DNA of 64,000 bases from a virus: positions 32,001 to 96,000 of the IMG/VR virus record IMGVR_UViG_3300028025_000091. One strand, given 5' to 3'. The position numbers were made by a program, and so were the translations under genes. Position 1 is the first letter of the stretch. Each line of letters opens with the position of its first letter. Of the stretch, positions 9,652 through 18,705 are shown piece by piece. The notes under the pieces were generated by a model. That model saw only the letters and a program-made list of their open reading frames with translations, was not told the DNA's origin and did not search any database.

Positions 9652-11111
9652 TGGATATTTTAGAAAAATTCATTCGAAATATAGCTTACAAATTCCCTAA
9701 AGGATATCCTGACATGAATGATGATCAGGATATTTTGTTGATGGAAAACGAATTGAAAAAATTAGGTATTGACTTAACAGAAAGCTCATTGTCCCCAAAA
9801 GAATTAGAAAAACCATACCCACCTAGAAATGAATTTTCAGGTAAATATGCTGACCGAGGTGAAAGATTTTTAGAGAAAATATTACAAGGTAGCGAATTTG
9901 AATTAAATGACGGTTCTACTATTGTAATTGATCCTAAAGCATCTGCTGAATTAGTAGATGCTCTTAAAAAGAAACAATATAGTATTTTAAATAAAGGTGC
10001 TAAAGTAATAATTGGTAATGATGGTAAAGCATATGGTATAGCATCATTTAAGAAAACTGAAGAATTTGGTAGTGGAGCTGGACAAGGTGGTGGAGCCGCT
10101 AGTACAGCTGTTCAAGAATCATCTCAAAGTGTAGTTAATTCAATAGCATATAAAATAAAAAAAGGAAATATTACAGCAGAAGATTTAACTGATGCAAATA
10201 TTGACAAAGCATACGAATTAAGTGATGTATCTAGCACATTAGAAGAAGTTAAAGACTTTATCAAAAACCAAAAAAGTTGGACAAACACATTTGTTTCATC
10301 TGCTAACATATTACTAGCTAACTTCCAAAACCCAAATTTCCAACAACATAGAGGCTCTGAATTTGTAAATAAAATTTACGGAGCATTTGCTGTTGCTAAA
10401 AAAGAAGCAGGTTTATCTATGCAATCTGATAAATGGAATCCTGCAGATATTTGGATGGTAGATACTTCTATTTTAGGAATGGAATTTCCAACTGAACTAA
10501 CCGAATTAAACGCTACATTAACTGATTTATATTCAAGTAATAAATTAATCGGAGTATCACTTAAAAAAACAGGTGCCGAAGCAAAATTAGGTACATATAA
10601 TCTAAGTGCCGAAGATAGAGCAGGATACACTTACGAAGGATCCGATTCTAGACCTACCAATAACAATACAGTAATTCTATACAATGATGGTTCTATTACC
10701 TTTAGAACATTTAATTTTGCAGGTAACTTTGCAGGTGAAATAAAAGGTAAAACTGCATCTCATGGTAAAATAGGACAAGGTGCTATAAATGATATTTTAA
10801 GAGCATTTAAAATCGATCCATTACCTGCAGCCGCTGAAGTACAAACTAAATTTAAAGCAAAAGATCCTGACTTGTTAGATAATTTCTATAGTAATTACGT
10901 TAAAATTGTTGGAAATCTTCCAAGAGAAGAATTTGACAAAATAGTAGATGAAAAAGATTTAAACTGGTTAGTTTCCAAATATCTATCCACCAGCTTAGCA
11001 GCAAAAATTGAAGCCCAACCTGATAATATTCAAAATGAAATTATTTCAGATATCATTCGATATGCTTCATCCGCAACAAATTCTAGTTCAGTATTTGCTA
11101 AAATATCATAA
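9651..11111 (+). CDS. Putative PD-(D/E)XK-like nuclease with separate N-terminal leader domain
   Basis: QE...DKWNPADIW...GVSLKK resembles restriction-endonuclease-fold active sites. The N-terminal KFPKGYPD module ends in LTE. Confidence 0.5.
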   Translation: MDILEKFIRNIAYKFPKGYPDMNDDQDILLMENELKKLGIDLTESSLSPKELEKPYPPRNEFSGKYADRGERFLEKILQGSEFELNDGSTIVIDPKASAELVDALKKKQYSILNKGAKVIIGNDGKAYGIASFKKTEEFGSGAGQGGGAASTAVQESSQSVVNSIAYKIKKGNITAEDLTDANIDKAYELSDVSSTLEEVKDFIKNQKSWTNTFVSSANILLANFQNPNFQQHRGSEFVNKIYGAFAVAKKEAGLSMQSDKWNPADIWMVDTSILGMEFPTELTELNATLTDLYSSNKLIGVSLKKTGAEAKLGTYNLSAEDRAGYTYEGSDSRPTNNNTVILYNDGSITFRTFNFAGNFAGEIKGKTASHGKIGQGAINDILRAFKIDPLPAAAEVQTKFKAKDPDLLDNFYSNYVKIVGNLPREEFDKIVDEKDLNWLVSKYLSTSLAAKIEAQPDNIQNEIISDIIRYASSATNSSSVFAKIS

Positions 11112-11122
11112 TATTTATTATC

Positions 11123-12088
11123 ATGGATAAAGCACGTTTAAAACAACTTATTAAAGAAGTACTATCTACCCCTCCTAAAGAAAAATGTGATTGTGGTTGT
11201 GGTGGTTGTGACGGCTCAAGTAATTCTGGTGTTACACTAAATGAAAGTTTAGTTAAAAAAGATATATTATCGAAAAATCTGCGATACCACGTTGATAAAC
11301 AACTCCCACTTACCGAAAACACGTTCCGATATGGTTCCGAATCATTCCTTAATTTATGGGCAGAAGCTCGTTCATTATATTTACGTGAAATTATTCATGT
11401 AAACGAAGATGATAAACAGATTCTTGAAGAAACTGATTTAGGTAACTTTGGTTTATATGAAAATCAAAGAGTAGCTTTAGATATGCTTATGTTGGAGGAA
11501 GATGAAGAAGAACTAAACATAGGAGATATTATTGAAATTAACCCTAAAGAATTTCCTAACTTTGAATTTCCATACGGTACTGAAGGCGAAATTGAAGATA
11601 TAAACAAAGCAGATTACGCTAGTGACGATTTAGTCTATACCGTTAAAATCAAATATATTGATAGTCAAGGAGATGAAGCTAATACTTTACATATTGAAAA
11701 TTCATCTCAATACCTAGACGAAAACTCCCCAGCATATAAAGGCCCTGAAGGATATGACGATTCATGTGATTGTTATCCTGAGGATAAACTTGAAGAAGCT
11801 GAAGATAAAAAGAAAAATCCACCACTTGGAAAACCAAAACGTGGAGGATCTAAAAAATTCTATGTTTACGTAAAAAATCCTAAAACTAAAAAAATTAAAA
11901 AAGTTAGTTTTGGAGACACATCTGGTTTATCAGCTAAAATAAACAACCCAGAAGCACGTAGAGCATTTGCTGCACGTCACGATTGTAAAAATAAAACAGA
12001 TAAAACCAAAGCATCTTATTGGTCATGTCGTTTACCTCGATATGCTAAATTACTTGGATTAAAATCATCTTTTTCAGGATTCTGGTGA
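11123..12088 (+). CDS. Modular hypothetical protein (CxCGCGGC motif; basic C-terminal RH-C...YWSC domain)
   Basis: Leader MDKARLKQLIKEVLS; modules separated by LNE, LEE and LDE. Confidence 0.7.
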   Translation: MDKARLKQLIKEVLSTPPKEKCDCGCGGCDGSSNSGVTLNESLVKKDILSKNLRYHVDKQLPLTENTFRYGSESFLNLWAEARSLYLREIIHVNEDDKQILEETDLGNFGLYENQRVALDMLMLEEDEEELNIGDIIEINPKEFPNFEFPYGTEGEIEDINKADYASDDLVYTVKIKYIDSQGDEANTLHIENSSQYLDENSPAYKGPEGYDDSCDCYPEDKLEEAEDKKKNPPLGKPKRGGSKKFYVYVKNPKTKKIKKVSFGDTSGLSAKINNPEARRAFAARHDCKNKTDKTKASYWSCRLPRYAKLLGLKSSFSGFW

Positions 12089-12492
12089 TGGATAGATTAC
12101 AGAAACTTATTAACGAAGTTCTTGAAGAACAAAAAAGCAAACGTGACAGATGTTTACGTATTGCTGACCGTAAGTTTGATAAACCATCGGCTTACAAATC
12201 CGGTGCTGTAGTTAGATGCCGTAAAGGTAATATTTGGAAAGGTATTAAAGAAGAAGTAATTCGAGAAAAAGCTAAAGAAACTCTCCGCACTTGGTTCAAA
12301 CGTAAAGGTGCACCTGGTAAAAAAGGTGGATGGGTAGATTGCAATACTTGCCGTGAAGTAGACGGTAAAATAAAATGTAAAGCATGCGGCAGAGAAAAAG
12401 GAGAAAAACGTTCAAAATATCCTTCATGTCGCCCTACAGCAGCACAATGTAAAACACCTGGTAAAGGTACTAAATGGGGAAAAACAAAATGA
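12085..12492 (+). CDS. Basic Cys-rich hypothetical protein
   Basis: Leader MDRLQKLINEVLEE; WF...WVDC...CGR...YPSCRP motif. Confidence 0.7.
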   Translation: MMDRLQKLINEVLEEQKSKRDRCLRIADRKFDKPSAYKSGAVVRCRKGNIWKGIKEEVIREKAKETLRTWFKRKGAPGKKGGWVDCNTCREVDGKIKCKACGREKGEKRSKYPSCRPTAAQCKTPGKGTKWGKTK

Positions 12493-12914
12493 TTAAACTA
12501 CTTGAAATATTAAGCGAAGCTGAATCAAATAAATGTCCTATTCCAACTCAAAATATAGAGTTAAATTTGCAAAATAGACAAAAAGCAATTAATGAATATG
12601 GGTATGGGCCTTTAAACCCAAATGAACCAAATGAAAAATTTTGGCAATCCAAAGCAGATATGTGGCAACTTGATTCAGTAGAAGAAGCTAAAACTTCACG
12701 TTGTGGTAATTGTGCTGCATTTGATGTTACAACAAAAACTTTAGATTGCATAGCTAAAGGAATAGGTGATGATGAAGGTACAGAAGATCCATTTGACGTT
12801 ATTAAAGCTGGAAAATTAGGATATTGTAGAATGCTTAAATTTAAATGTGCTGCTGCTCGAACTTGTGATGCTTGGGTTGTTGGTGGTCCAATTACAGATG
12901 ACAAAACCATATAA
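12489..12914 (+). CDS. Cys-rich protein with HiPIP-like Cys spacing
   Basis: Likely start MIKLLEILSE (ATGA overlap); CGNC...GYC...C..W. Confidence 0.6.
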   Translation: MIKLLEILSEAESNKCPIPTQNIELNLQNRQKAINEYGYGPLNPNEPNEKFWQSKADMWQLDSVEEAKTSRCGNCAAFDVTTKTLDCIAKGIGDDEGTEDPFDVIKAGKLGYCRMLKFKCAAARTCDAWVVGGPITDDKTI

Positions 12915-13161
12915 CGACATAGAAGTTACTGACAAATATATTATTCGTGAATTTAACGAAAATATAGACCCAATAGAACTTATGTGGCACCGTGATGATG
13001 AAGATAGAACCGTTGAAATTTTAAATGAAACAGATTGGCAACTTCAGCTAGATAATAGCTTGCCTACTTCATTAAAAGAACGTATATTTATACCAAGACA
13101 CGAATGGCATCGTGTAATAAAAGGAACAGGAACACTCAAGTTAAAAATACATAAATCATGA
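12898..13161 (+). CDS. Small cupin-fold protein
   Basis: WHRDDEDR...FIPRHEWHRVIKG is a cupin-like His pattern; likely start MTKPY at 12898. Confidence 0.6.
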   Translation: MTKPYNDIEVTDKYIIREFNENIDPIELMWHRDDEDRTVEILNETDWQLQLDNSLPTSLKERIFIPRHEWHRVIKGTGTLKLKIHKS

Positions 13162-13508
13162 AATTAGATAACTTAAAAGAATTAGTAAAAGAAGAACTTA
13201 AACGTGCTTTAAATGAAGAAGGTGATGAAATTTCATCTATTAAAACTTTAGAGGATGCTATAGCTTTTTTAAATAACAACAAACAAAAAATTCTCCAAAT
13301 TGCAGATAAACATGCTGGGGATGTTCAAAAAATGCAACATGATATTGATGTATTTCTTCAACCATACCTTATAGACACTCCCGAATTTATAGCTAACAAA
13401 ATCAAAGCAGCTATCGGTGGTGCTATTAGTAAAAGAAACATTAAAAACACACCAGAACTTTCCCAAACATACGATAAACTAAAAAACGTAAAAGGATTTG
13501 TAGGATAA
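13158..13508 (+). CDS. Hypothetical protein with MKLxNLxxLVKEELxxxLNEE leader
   Basis: The first 21 aa are nearly identical to those of ORF 37911..38282; the rest is unrelated. Confidence 0.7.
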   Translation: MKLDNLKELVKEELKRALNEEGDEISSIKTLEDAIAFLNNNKQKILQIADKHAGDVQKMQHDIDVFLQPYLIDTPEFIANKIKAAIGGAISKRNIKNTPELSQTYDKLKNVKGFVG

Positions 13509-13561
13509 AAATTTATAGACAGATTCATAGCCTGTCGACTTAAAAAAATTAATAGAGATCT

Positions 13562-13588
13562 GTGGCCTCCTTTGGGAGGCCACTTTTT
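13562..13588 (+). terminator. Rho-independent terminator
   Basis: GTGGCCTCC-TTTG-GGAGGCCAC followed by TTTTT. Confidence 0.85.
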
Positions 13589-13602
13589 ATTTCGTATATT
13601 TA
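13571..13602 (+). promoter_or_regulatory. Bacteroidota-like promoter TTTG-N20-TATATTTA overlapping the terminator
   Basis: TTTG (the terminator loop) at 13571-13574 and TATATTTA at 13595-13602. Confidence 0.55.
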
Positions 13603-13617
13603 AACATAAAATAGATT

Positions 13618-14931
13618 ATGGACAAAAAAATAGTAATAGTAGGAGCAGGCGTTGCCGGTGTCAACGCTGCAACAAAGTTAGTGGATAATGGATATCCTGG
13701 AGAATTAATCACAATCATTGATATGGGTAAAGATCCATATAAACGTTTACCTGAAGAAGTAATGACAGGTTTTTTAGGTGCTGGAGGTTGGTCTGATGGT
13801 AAATTAACTTACCACACAGCAATTGGAGGCCAATTGTCAAAATATACAGGCGAGGATAAAGCAATGGAATTGATGGATCAAGTGATTACCAATTTCAAAC
13901 GTTTTCACCCTAAACCTGAAGAAGTACAATGTTCAAATCCTGTTGAGGAACCTGAATTTATTAAACCATATTTCGGTTTACGTTTATTCCCAGTATGGCA
14001 TGTAGGAACAGATTATTTATCTGAAATTGCTAAAAATTGGTACGATTATTTAGTTGATAATGGAGTTGATTTTAGATGGGAAACTAAAGTAACATCTATT
14101 AACTTCAAAAATAATCATGTATCGTGTGATATTTTAAATAGTGAATTAGGACTCCAGTTAGATTATGATGAGCTTATTTTTGGTGTAGGTAAATCAGGTA
14201 TTGATTTCGCTCAACAATTAGCCCAAGAATATGAATTACCAGATGAACCTAAATCAGTACAAATTGGAGTTCGATTTGAGGCACCACAAGAACATTTCCA
14301 AAAACTAATTGATATTTCATATGACTTTAAGTTATATAGAAAATTTGATGATGAAGGAGTATCGTTACGTTCATTCTGTACAAATAATAATGCTGCTTAT
14401 GTTGCTGTAGAAGAAACATATGGAGATCACAGTTACAATGGTCACGCTAAAAAAGACGAAGCATATAGAAACAATATGACTAACTTTGGTATATTAATGG
14501 AAATTAATGGTATTGAAGATCCATTTACTTGGTCACGTGATGTAGTAAATAAAGTACAGGCAAACGGAACTGGTTTGTATTATAGCCCATCTCGTACACC
14601 ATCAACTACATCTGAAGGTAATAATGTAACTTCAACACAAATCAGTTTAGATACACTTACTCATGTTGTAGAACCTGCAATGGGTGGTTATTTCAAATAC
14701 GTTATGGACTTTATCATGGATATGAAAAAAGTATTCCCTACACTTGGAGACGATTGGGGAATGTATATTCCTGAAGTAAAATATTTGTCACCTGAGGTAA
14801 AAGTAGATTATAGTAATCTTAGTCTAATCGATTATCCTAACGTACATTTCGTAGGTGATGCTTTAAGTGCACGTGGTATTACAGTGTCGGGAGCGCAAGC
14901 AATTTATGTAGCAGAAAGTTTTTTAAAATAA
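13618..14931 (+). CDS. FAD-dependent oxidoreductase (COG2509-like)
   Basis: IVIVGAGVAG Rossmann motif, GAGGWSDGKL, GVRFE, RSFC and FVGD. Confidence 0.85.
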   Translation: MDKKIVIVGAGVAGVNAATKLVDNGYPGELITIIDMGKDPYKRLPEEVMTGFLGAGGWSDGKLTYHTAIGGQLSKYTGEDKAMELMDQVITNFKRFHPKPEEVQCSNPVEEPEFIKPYFGLRLFPVWHVGTDYLSEIAKNWYDYLVDNGVDFRWETKVTSINFKNNHVSCDILNSELGLQLDYDELIFGVGKSGIDFAQQLAQEYELPDEPKSVQIGVRFEAPQEHFQKLIDISYDFKLYRKFDDEGVSLRSFCTNNNAAYVAVEETYGDHSYNGHAKKDEAYRNNMTNFGILMEINGIEDPFTWSRDVVNKVQANGTGLYYSPSRTPSTTSEGNNVTSTQISLDTLTHVVEPAMGGYFKYVMDFIMDMKKVFPTLGDDWGMYIPEVKYLSPEVKVDYSNLSLIDYPNVHFVGDALSARGITVSGAQAIYVAESFLK

Positions 14932-14936
14932 AAGTT

Positions 14937-15467
14937 ATGAAAATAGGATTTACAGGAACAATGTCAGTTGGTAAAACAACATTAGTTAATGCATTAAAGG
15001 AATTACCTGAATTTGCTGAATATGAGTTTAGAACTGAGCGTTCAAAATATTTACGTGATATGGGTATTCCATTGAATACTGATTCAACATTAAAAGGTCA
15101 AATTATTTTCTTTGCTGAACGTTCAAGTGAATTATTTCACAATGATATGATTACTGATCGTACTGTGATTGATGTAATGGCGTTTACGCGTTTAGCTAAA
15201 TCGATTCCATATTTTATGGCAGACGCATTGAATGATGCTGTATCGCATTTAATACGCGAATATGATTATATTTTTTATATTTCACCTGAAGGTGTAGAAT
15301 TAGAAGATAATGGTGTTCGTACTATAGATGCAAAGTATAGAAATGAAATTGATAAAGAAATTCAAAAGTTGATTTTGAAACATAAAAGTAAATTTAAATC
15401 ATATCATGAATTATCGGGTACTACCGAGGAGAGAATTGAGAAAATTAAACAAGTAATGTCCCTTTAA
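14937..15467 (+). CDS. P-loop nucleotide/nucleoside kinase (AAA_28/NadR-, dNMP-kinase-like)
   Basis: GTMSVGKTT, TDRTVID, EDNGVR and GTTEERI. Confidence 0.8.
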   Translation: MKIGFTGTMSVGKTTLVNALKELPEFAEYEFRTERSKYLRDMGIPLNTDSTLKGQIIFFAERSSELFHNDMITDRTVIDVMAFTRLAKSIPYFMADALNDAVSHLIREYDYIFYISPEGVELEDNGVRTIDAKYRNEIDKEIQKLILKHKSKFKSYHELSGTTEERIEKIKQVMSL

Positions 15468-15488
15468 TATTTATCAATAAACTACAAA

Positions 15489-16382
15489 ATGAAAAAAGAT
15501 CGTTTACTTGAAATTATACGTGAAGAAATCAACGAAGCATTAAATGTACTAATAACCAATAAAAAAGGTGAAACTACCACAATGCCATATAATACTCCAG
15601 ATGAAAAAAAATCAGTAATGAATCTTAAACAAGATAATAACATTACAAATATTGAAACTACTGCGGGTCAAAATATTAAAGAGGAAGAAAAAGTAAAAAA
15701 ATTAGCTGAAAAATACCAACTTGATGAAGAAACCATCAATGAAATGGCTAGTATTAAACAGTTAAAAAGTGAATTAGCAAGACAAGGAAAAGAAGCTGAA
15801 TTGAAAGCTGTTGCTGATGCCGAACGTGCTGCTTTAGATACTTTAAAAGCAGACCCTACAATTACCCCAGACGGGCGATTAAAAGGATATGTTCCTACAC
15901 TTAAAAAAGAATTGTTAAATACACACAATATTAAATTACAAGATTTATTATCTAAAGTAGCTGGAAAAGCTGAAGATGATGGTGTGAAATTTAGCAGTGA
16001 TATCGCTACTAACACTATTGAAAAAGATGCTGCTAATCAATTAACCGGAAAAGAAGCTGGTCAACGTGGTAGAAAAGCAACTGAAAAACCAGCTAAAGCA
16101 GAAAAAGCACCTAAAGTAGAACCTAAAAAATCAGAATCTACAGATGACGAAGATGTGGAAGCGGTAAAAGCAGCAGGTAGCGACGAAACAGCAAAAGAAT
16201 TAGGTAGCACACCTGAAGAAAAAAAAGTAAAATTCAACCAATTTCTAGCATCCGTTAAGAAAAATAAAGACGATAAAGCTAAAATTGATGGTATTTTAAA
16301 ATTAGCAAAAGATAAATTTAAATTTGCTAAAACAATGATGGATGATTTAAAACGTGCTGCTGGTAGAGAAGTAGAAGCGTAA
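15489..16382 (+). CDS. Hypothetical charged protein with putative capsid-targeting leader
   Basis: Leader MKKDRLLEIIREEINEAL; internal IKEE and INEM sites; late motif at 15467. Confidence 0.65.
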   Translation: MKKDRLLEIIREEINEALNVLITNKKGETTTMPYNTPDEKKSVMNLKQDNNITNIETTAGQNIKEEEKVKKLAEKYQLDEETINEMASIKQLKSELARQGKEAELKAVADAERAALDTLKADPTITPDGRLKGYVPTLKKELLNTHNIKLQDLLSKVAGKAEDDGVKFSSDIATNTIEKDAANQLTGKEAGQRGRKATEKPAKAEKAPKVEPKKSESTDDEDVEAVKAAGSDETAKELGSTPEEKKVKFNQFLASVKKNKDDKAKIDGILKLAKDKFKFAKTMMDDLKRAAGREVEA

Positions 16383-16744
16383 TGAAAGATAAAACATTTA
16401 AAATAAAGTTATCCCATCTTATCATAGGTGGGATACTTTTATTGTTACTTATATTTTTAGTTAAATGTAAACCTACTACTACCTTAACCGTAGACAAATA
16501 CGCTAAAGAAAAAAAAGAAATTGATAGTTTACAACACAATATTTTCTTGTTAAAAGAAGGTCAACGTATACTAACTAACAATGTTAATAAACAAGTTATA
16601 GTAATTGATTCATTAGAAGAAGAAATCATTATCACAGAAAAAGAGCTAACACAAACACGCACATACTATGGCAACAAAATTAAGGATCTTACTAGTGCTT
16701 CTGATACTGAGCTTGAACAGTTTTTCACAAATCGATACCAATAG
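16382..16744 (+). CDS. Membrane-anchored coiled-coil protein (possible spanin subunit)
   Basis: N-terminal hydrophobic segment ending in VKC, then a coiled coil; overlaps the next gene by 77 nt. Confidence 0.45.
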   Translation: MKDKTFKIKLSHLIIGGILLLLLIFLVKCKPTTTLTVDKYAKEKKEIDSLQHNIFLLKEGQRILTNNVNKQVIVIDSLEEEIIITEKELTQTRTYYGNKIKDLTSASDTELEQFFTNRYQ

Positions 16745-17096
16745 AATCTGTTTCTCGTATAGTAAAGCAAAATCAATCGCTCTTGATTTAGTCAAAGGTG
16801 ATTCTGCTATTGCTGAACTTAAATTAGCCAATAAATTGATTTGGCAATTAAATGAAAAAAGCGATGCTCAAGATAGTTTAGTTACTTTATATATAGATAA
16901 AGAACAAAATTACATGGGACAGATAGCAAATTATGATCAAATCCTTTTAAAACAAGAATCAATCATAACAGGTCTTGAAAGTGATGTTAAAACACTAACT
17001 CGCAAAAACGATATCCTTAAAAAAGGACTTAAATGGTTAGGTGGAGGATTCATGGCTTCCCTACTATCTGTTGTTACATTGGTAACAATTAAATAA
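16668..17096 (+). CDS. Exported coiled-coil protein with C-terminal TM (possible spanin subunit)
   Basis: Signal peptide (..LNSFS/Q), coiled coil and C-terminal hydrophobic helix. Confidence 0.45.
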   Translation: MATKLRILLVLLILSLNSFSQIDTNRICFSYSKAKSIALDLVKGDSAIAELKLANKLIWQLNEKSDAQDSLVTLYIDKEQNYMGQIANYDQILLKQESIITGLESDVKTLTRKNDILKKGLKWLGGGFMASLLSVVTLVTIK

Positions 17097-18697
17097 TGGA
17101 AGAAAGAAATTTAAAACAGGTAATCCGAGAGGAATATATAAAGTGTGCCCAATCACCGGCTTACTTTATGAAAAAATACTGCTACATCCAGCACCCAAAA
17201 CGCGGACGTATTCAGTTTAACCTGTACCCATTCCAGGAAAAAGTACTTACATTATTTCAAGAAAATCCTTACTCAATAGTACTTAAATCTAGACAGTTAG
17301 GTATCTCAACATTAGCAGCAGGTTATTCACTTTGGTTAATGTTATTCCATGAAGATAAAAACGTGCTATGTATTGCAACTAAACAGGAAACCGCTAAAAA
17401 CATGGTTACCAAAGTTAAGTTTATGTACGATAGCTTACCTTCATGGTTAAAAGAAAAAGACAAACCCCAAGAGTTTAGTAAATTAACCCTCCGATTAAAT
17501 AACGGATCTCAAATTAAAGCCACTTCAGCATCAAGTGATGCAGGTCGTTCAGAAGCCGTTACTTTACTAATAATCGATGAGGCCGCCTTCATCCATAACA
17601 TCGGTGAGATATGGGCATCAGCTCAACAAACCTTAGCTACTGGTGGGGGTTGTATAGCATTATCTACTCCATATGGTACAGGTAACTGGTTCCACCAAAC
17701 ATGGGTTAATGCAGAAATGGGTGAGAATAGTTTCTTACCAATTAGATTACCATGGGAAGTTCACCCTGAACGTGACCAAACATGGAGAGATCAACAAGAT
17801 AAAGATTTAGGTATTCGTATGGCAGCACAGGAATGTGACTGTGACTTTACAACTTCTGGTGATACAGTATTCCAACCAGAAGATATTGTGTTTTACGAAC
17901 AATTTCAAATACAAGACCCTCTAGAAAAACGTGGTATAGACCAAAACTTATGGATTTGGGAACCAGCGGATTATTCAAGGAACTATCTGATAGTAGCTGA
18001 CGTAGCGCGTGGCGATGGTAAGGATAATTCGGCGTTTCACATTATAGATGTTGAATCATTCACTCAGGTAGGTGAATATAAGGGACAAATCAGTACTAAG
18101 GATTATGGACATCTATTAGTTAGCATTGCAACGGAATATAATAATGCACTACTAGCAGTCGAAAATCAAAGTGTAGGTTGGTCTACTGTACAAACCATTT
18201 TGGATAGAGGTTATCAAAACTTTTACTACTCCCCTAAAGGTGGAGTTAACAATACAGATTCTTTCTTTGATCCATATATGGATGTAAGCAAGATGACACC
18301 AGGATTTACAATGTCTTCAACGACTCGTCCTATAGCAATTGGTAAATTCCAAGAAGCTGTTATGGATAAAGGAGTTGTTTTCCGCTCTAATCGATTATTA
18401 GAGGAAATGAAAGTATTTATATGGAGAAACGGTAGAGCAGAAGCGCAAGCAGGTTACAATGATGACCTGATGATGGCATTTGCTATTGGTTGTTACTTAC
18501 GTGATACTGCTTTCAAATTAAGACAAAGTAATATGGATATGACTAAAAGCATGCTTAATGGAATTGCTGGTAATACTTCAAAATATTCCGGTGGCTATAC
18601 AAATGGGCCTTCGTATGCTGATAAGTATAATAATAACCCATATCAAATAGATAACCCTTACTCAAATGGCAAAGAAGATATTTCTTGGCTTTTATAA
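17096..18697 (+). CDS. terL: Terminase large subunit (T4 gp17-like)
   Basis: LYPFQ, KSRQLGIST Walker A, IIDEAAF Walker B, LSTPYG, QEC, ADVARGDGKD and NDDL nuclease motifs. Confidence 0.95.
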   Translation: MEERNLKQVIREEYIKCAQSPAYFMKKYCYIQHPKRGRIQFNLYPFQEKVLTLFQENPYSIVLKSRQLGISTLAAGYSLWLMLFHEDKNVLCIATKQETAKNMVTKVKFMYDSLPSWLKEKDKPQEFSKLTLRLNNGSQIKATSASSDAGRSEAVTLLIIDEAAFIHNIGEIWASAQQTLATGGGCIALSTPYGTGNWFHQTWVNAEMGENSFLPIRLPWEVHPERDQTWRDQQDKDLGIRMAAQECDCDFTTSGDTVFQPEDIVFYEQFQIQDPLEKRGIDQNLWIWEPADYSRNYLIVADVARGDGKDNSAFHIIDVESFTQVGEYKGQISTKDYGHLLVSIATEYNNALLAVENQSVGWSTVQTILDRGYQNFYYSPKGGVNNTDSFFDPYMDVSKMTPGFTMSSTTRPIAIGKFQEAVMDKGVVFRSNRLLEEMKVFIWRNGRAEAQAGYNDDLMMAFAIGCYLRDTAFKLRQSNMDMTKSMLNGIAGNTSKYSGGYTNGPSYADKYNNNPYQIDNPYSNGKEDISWLL

Positions 18698-18705
18698 ATT
18701 AAAAC

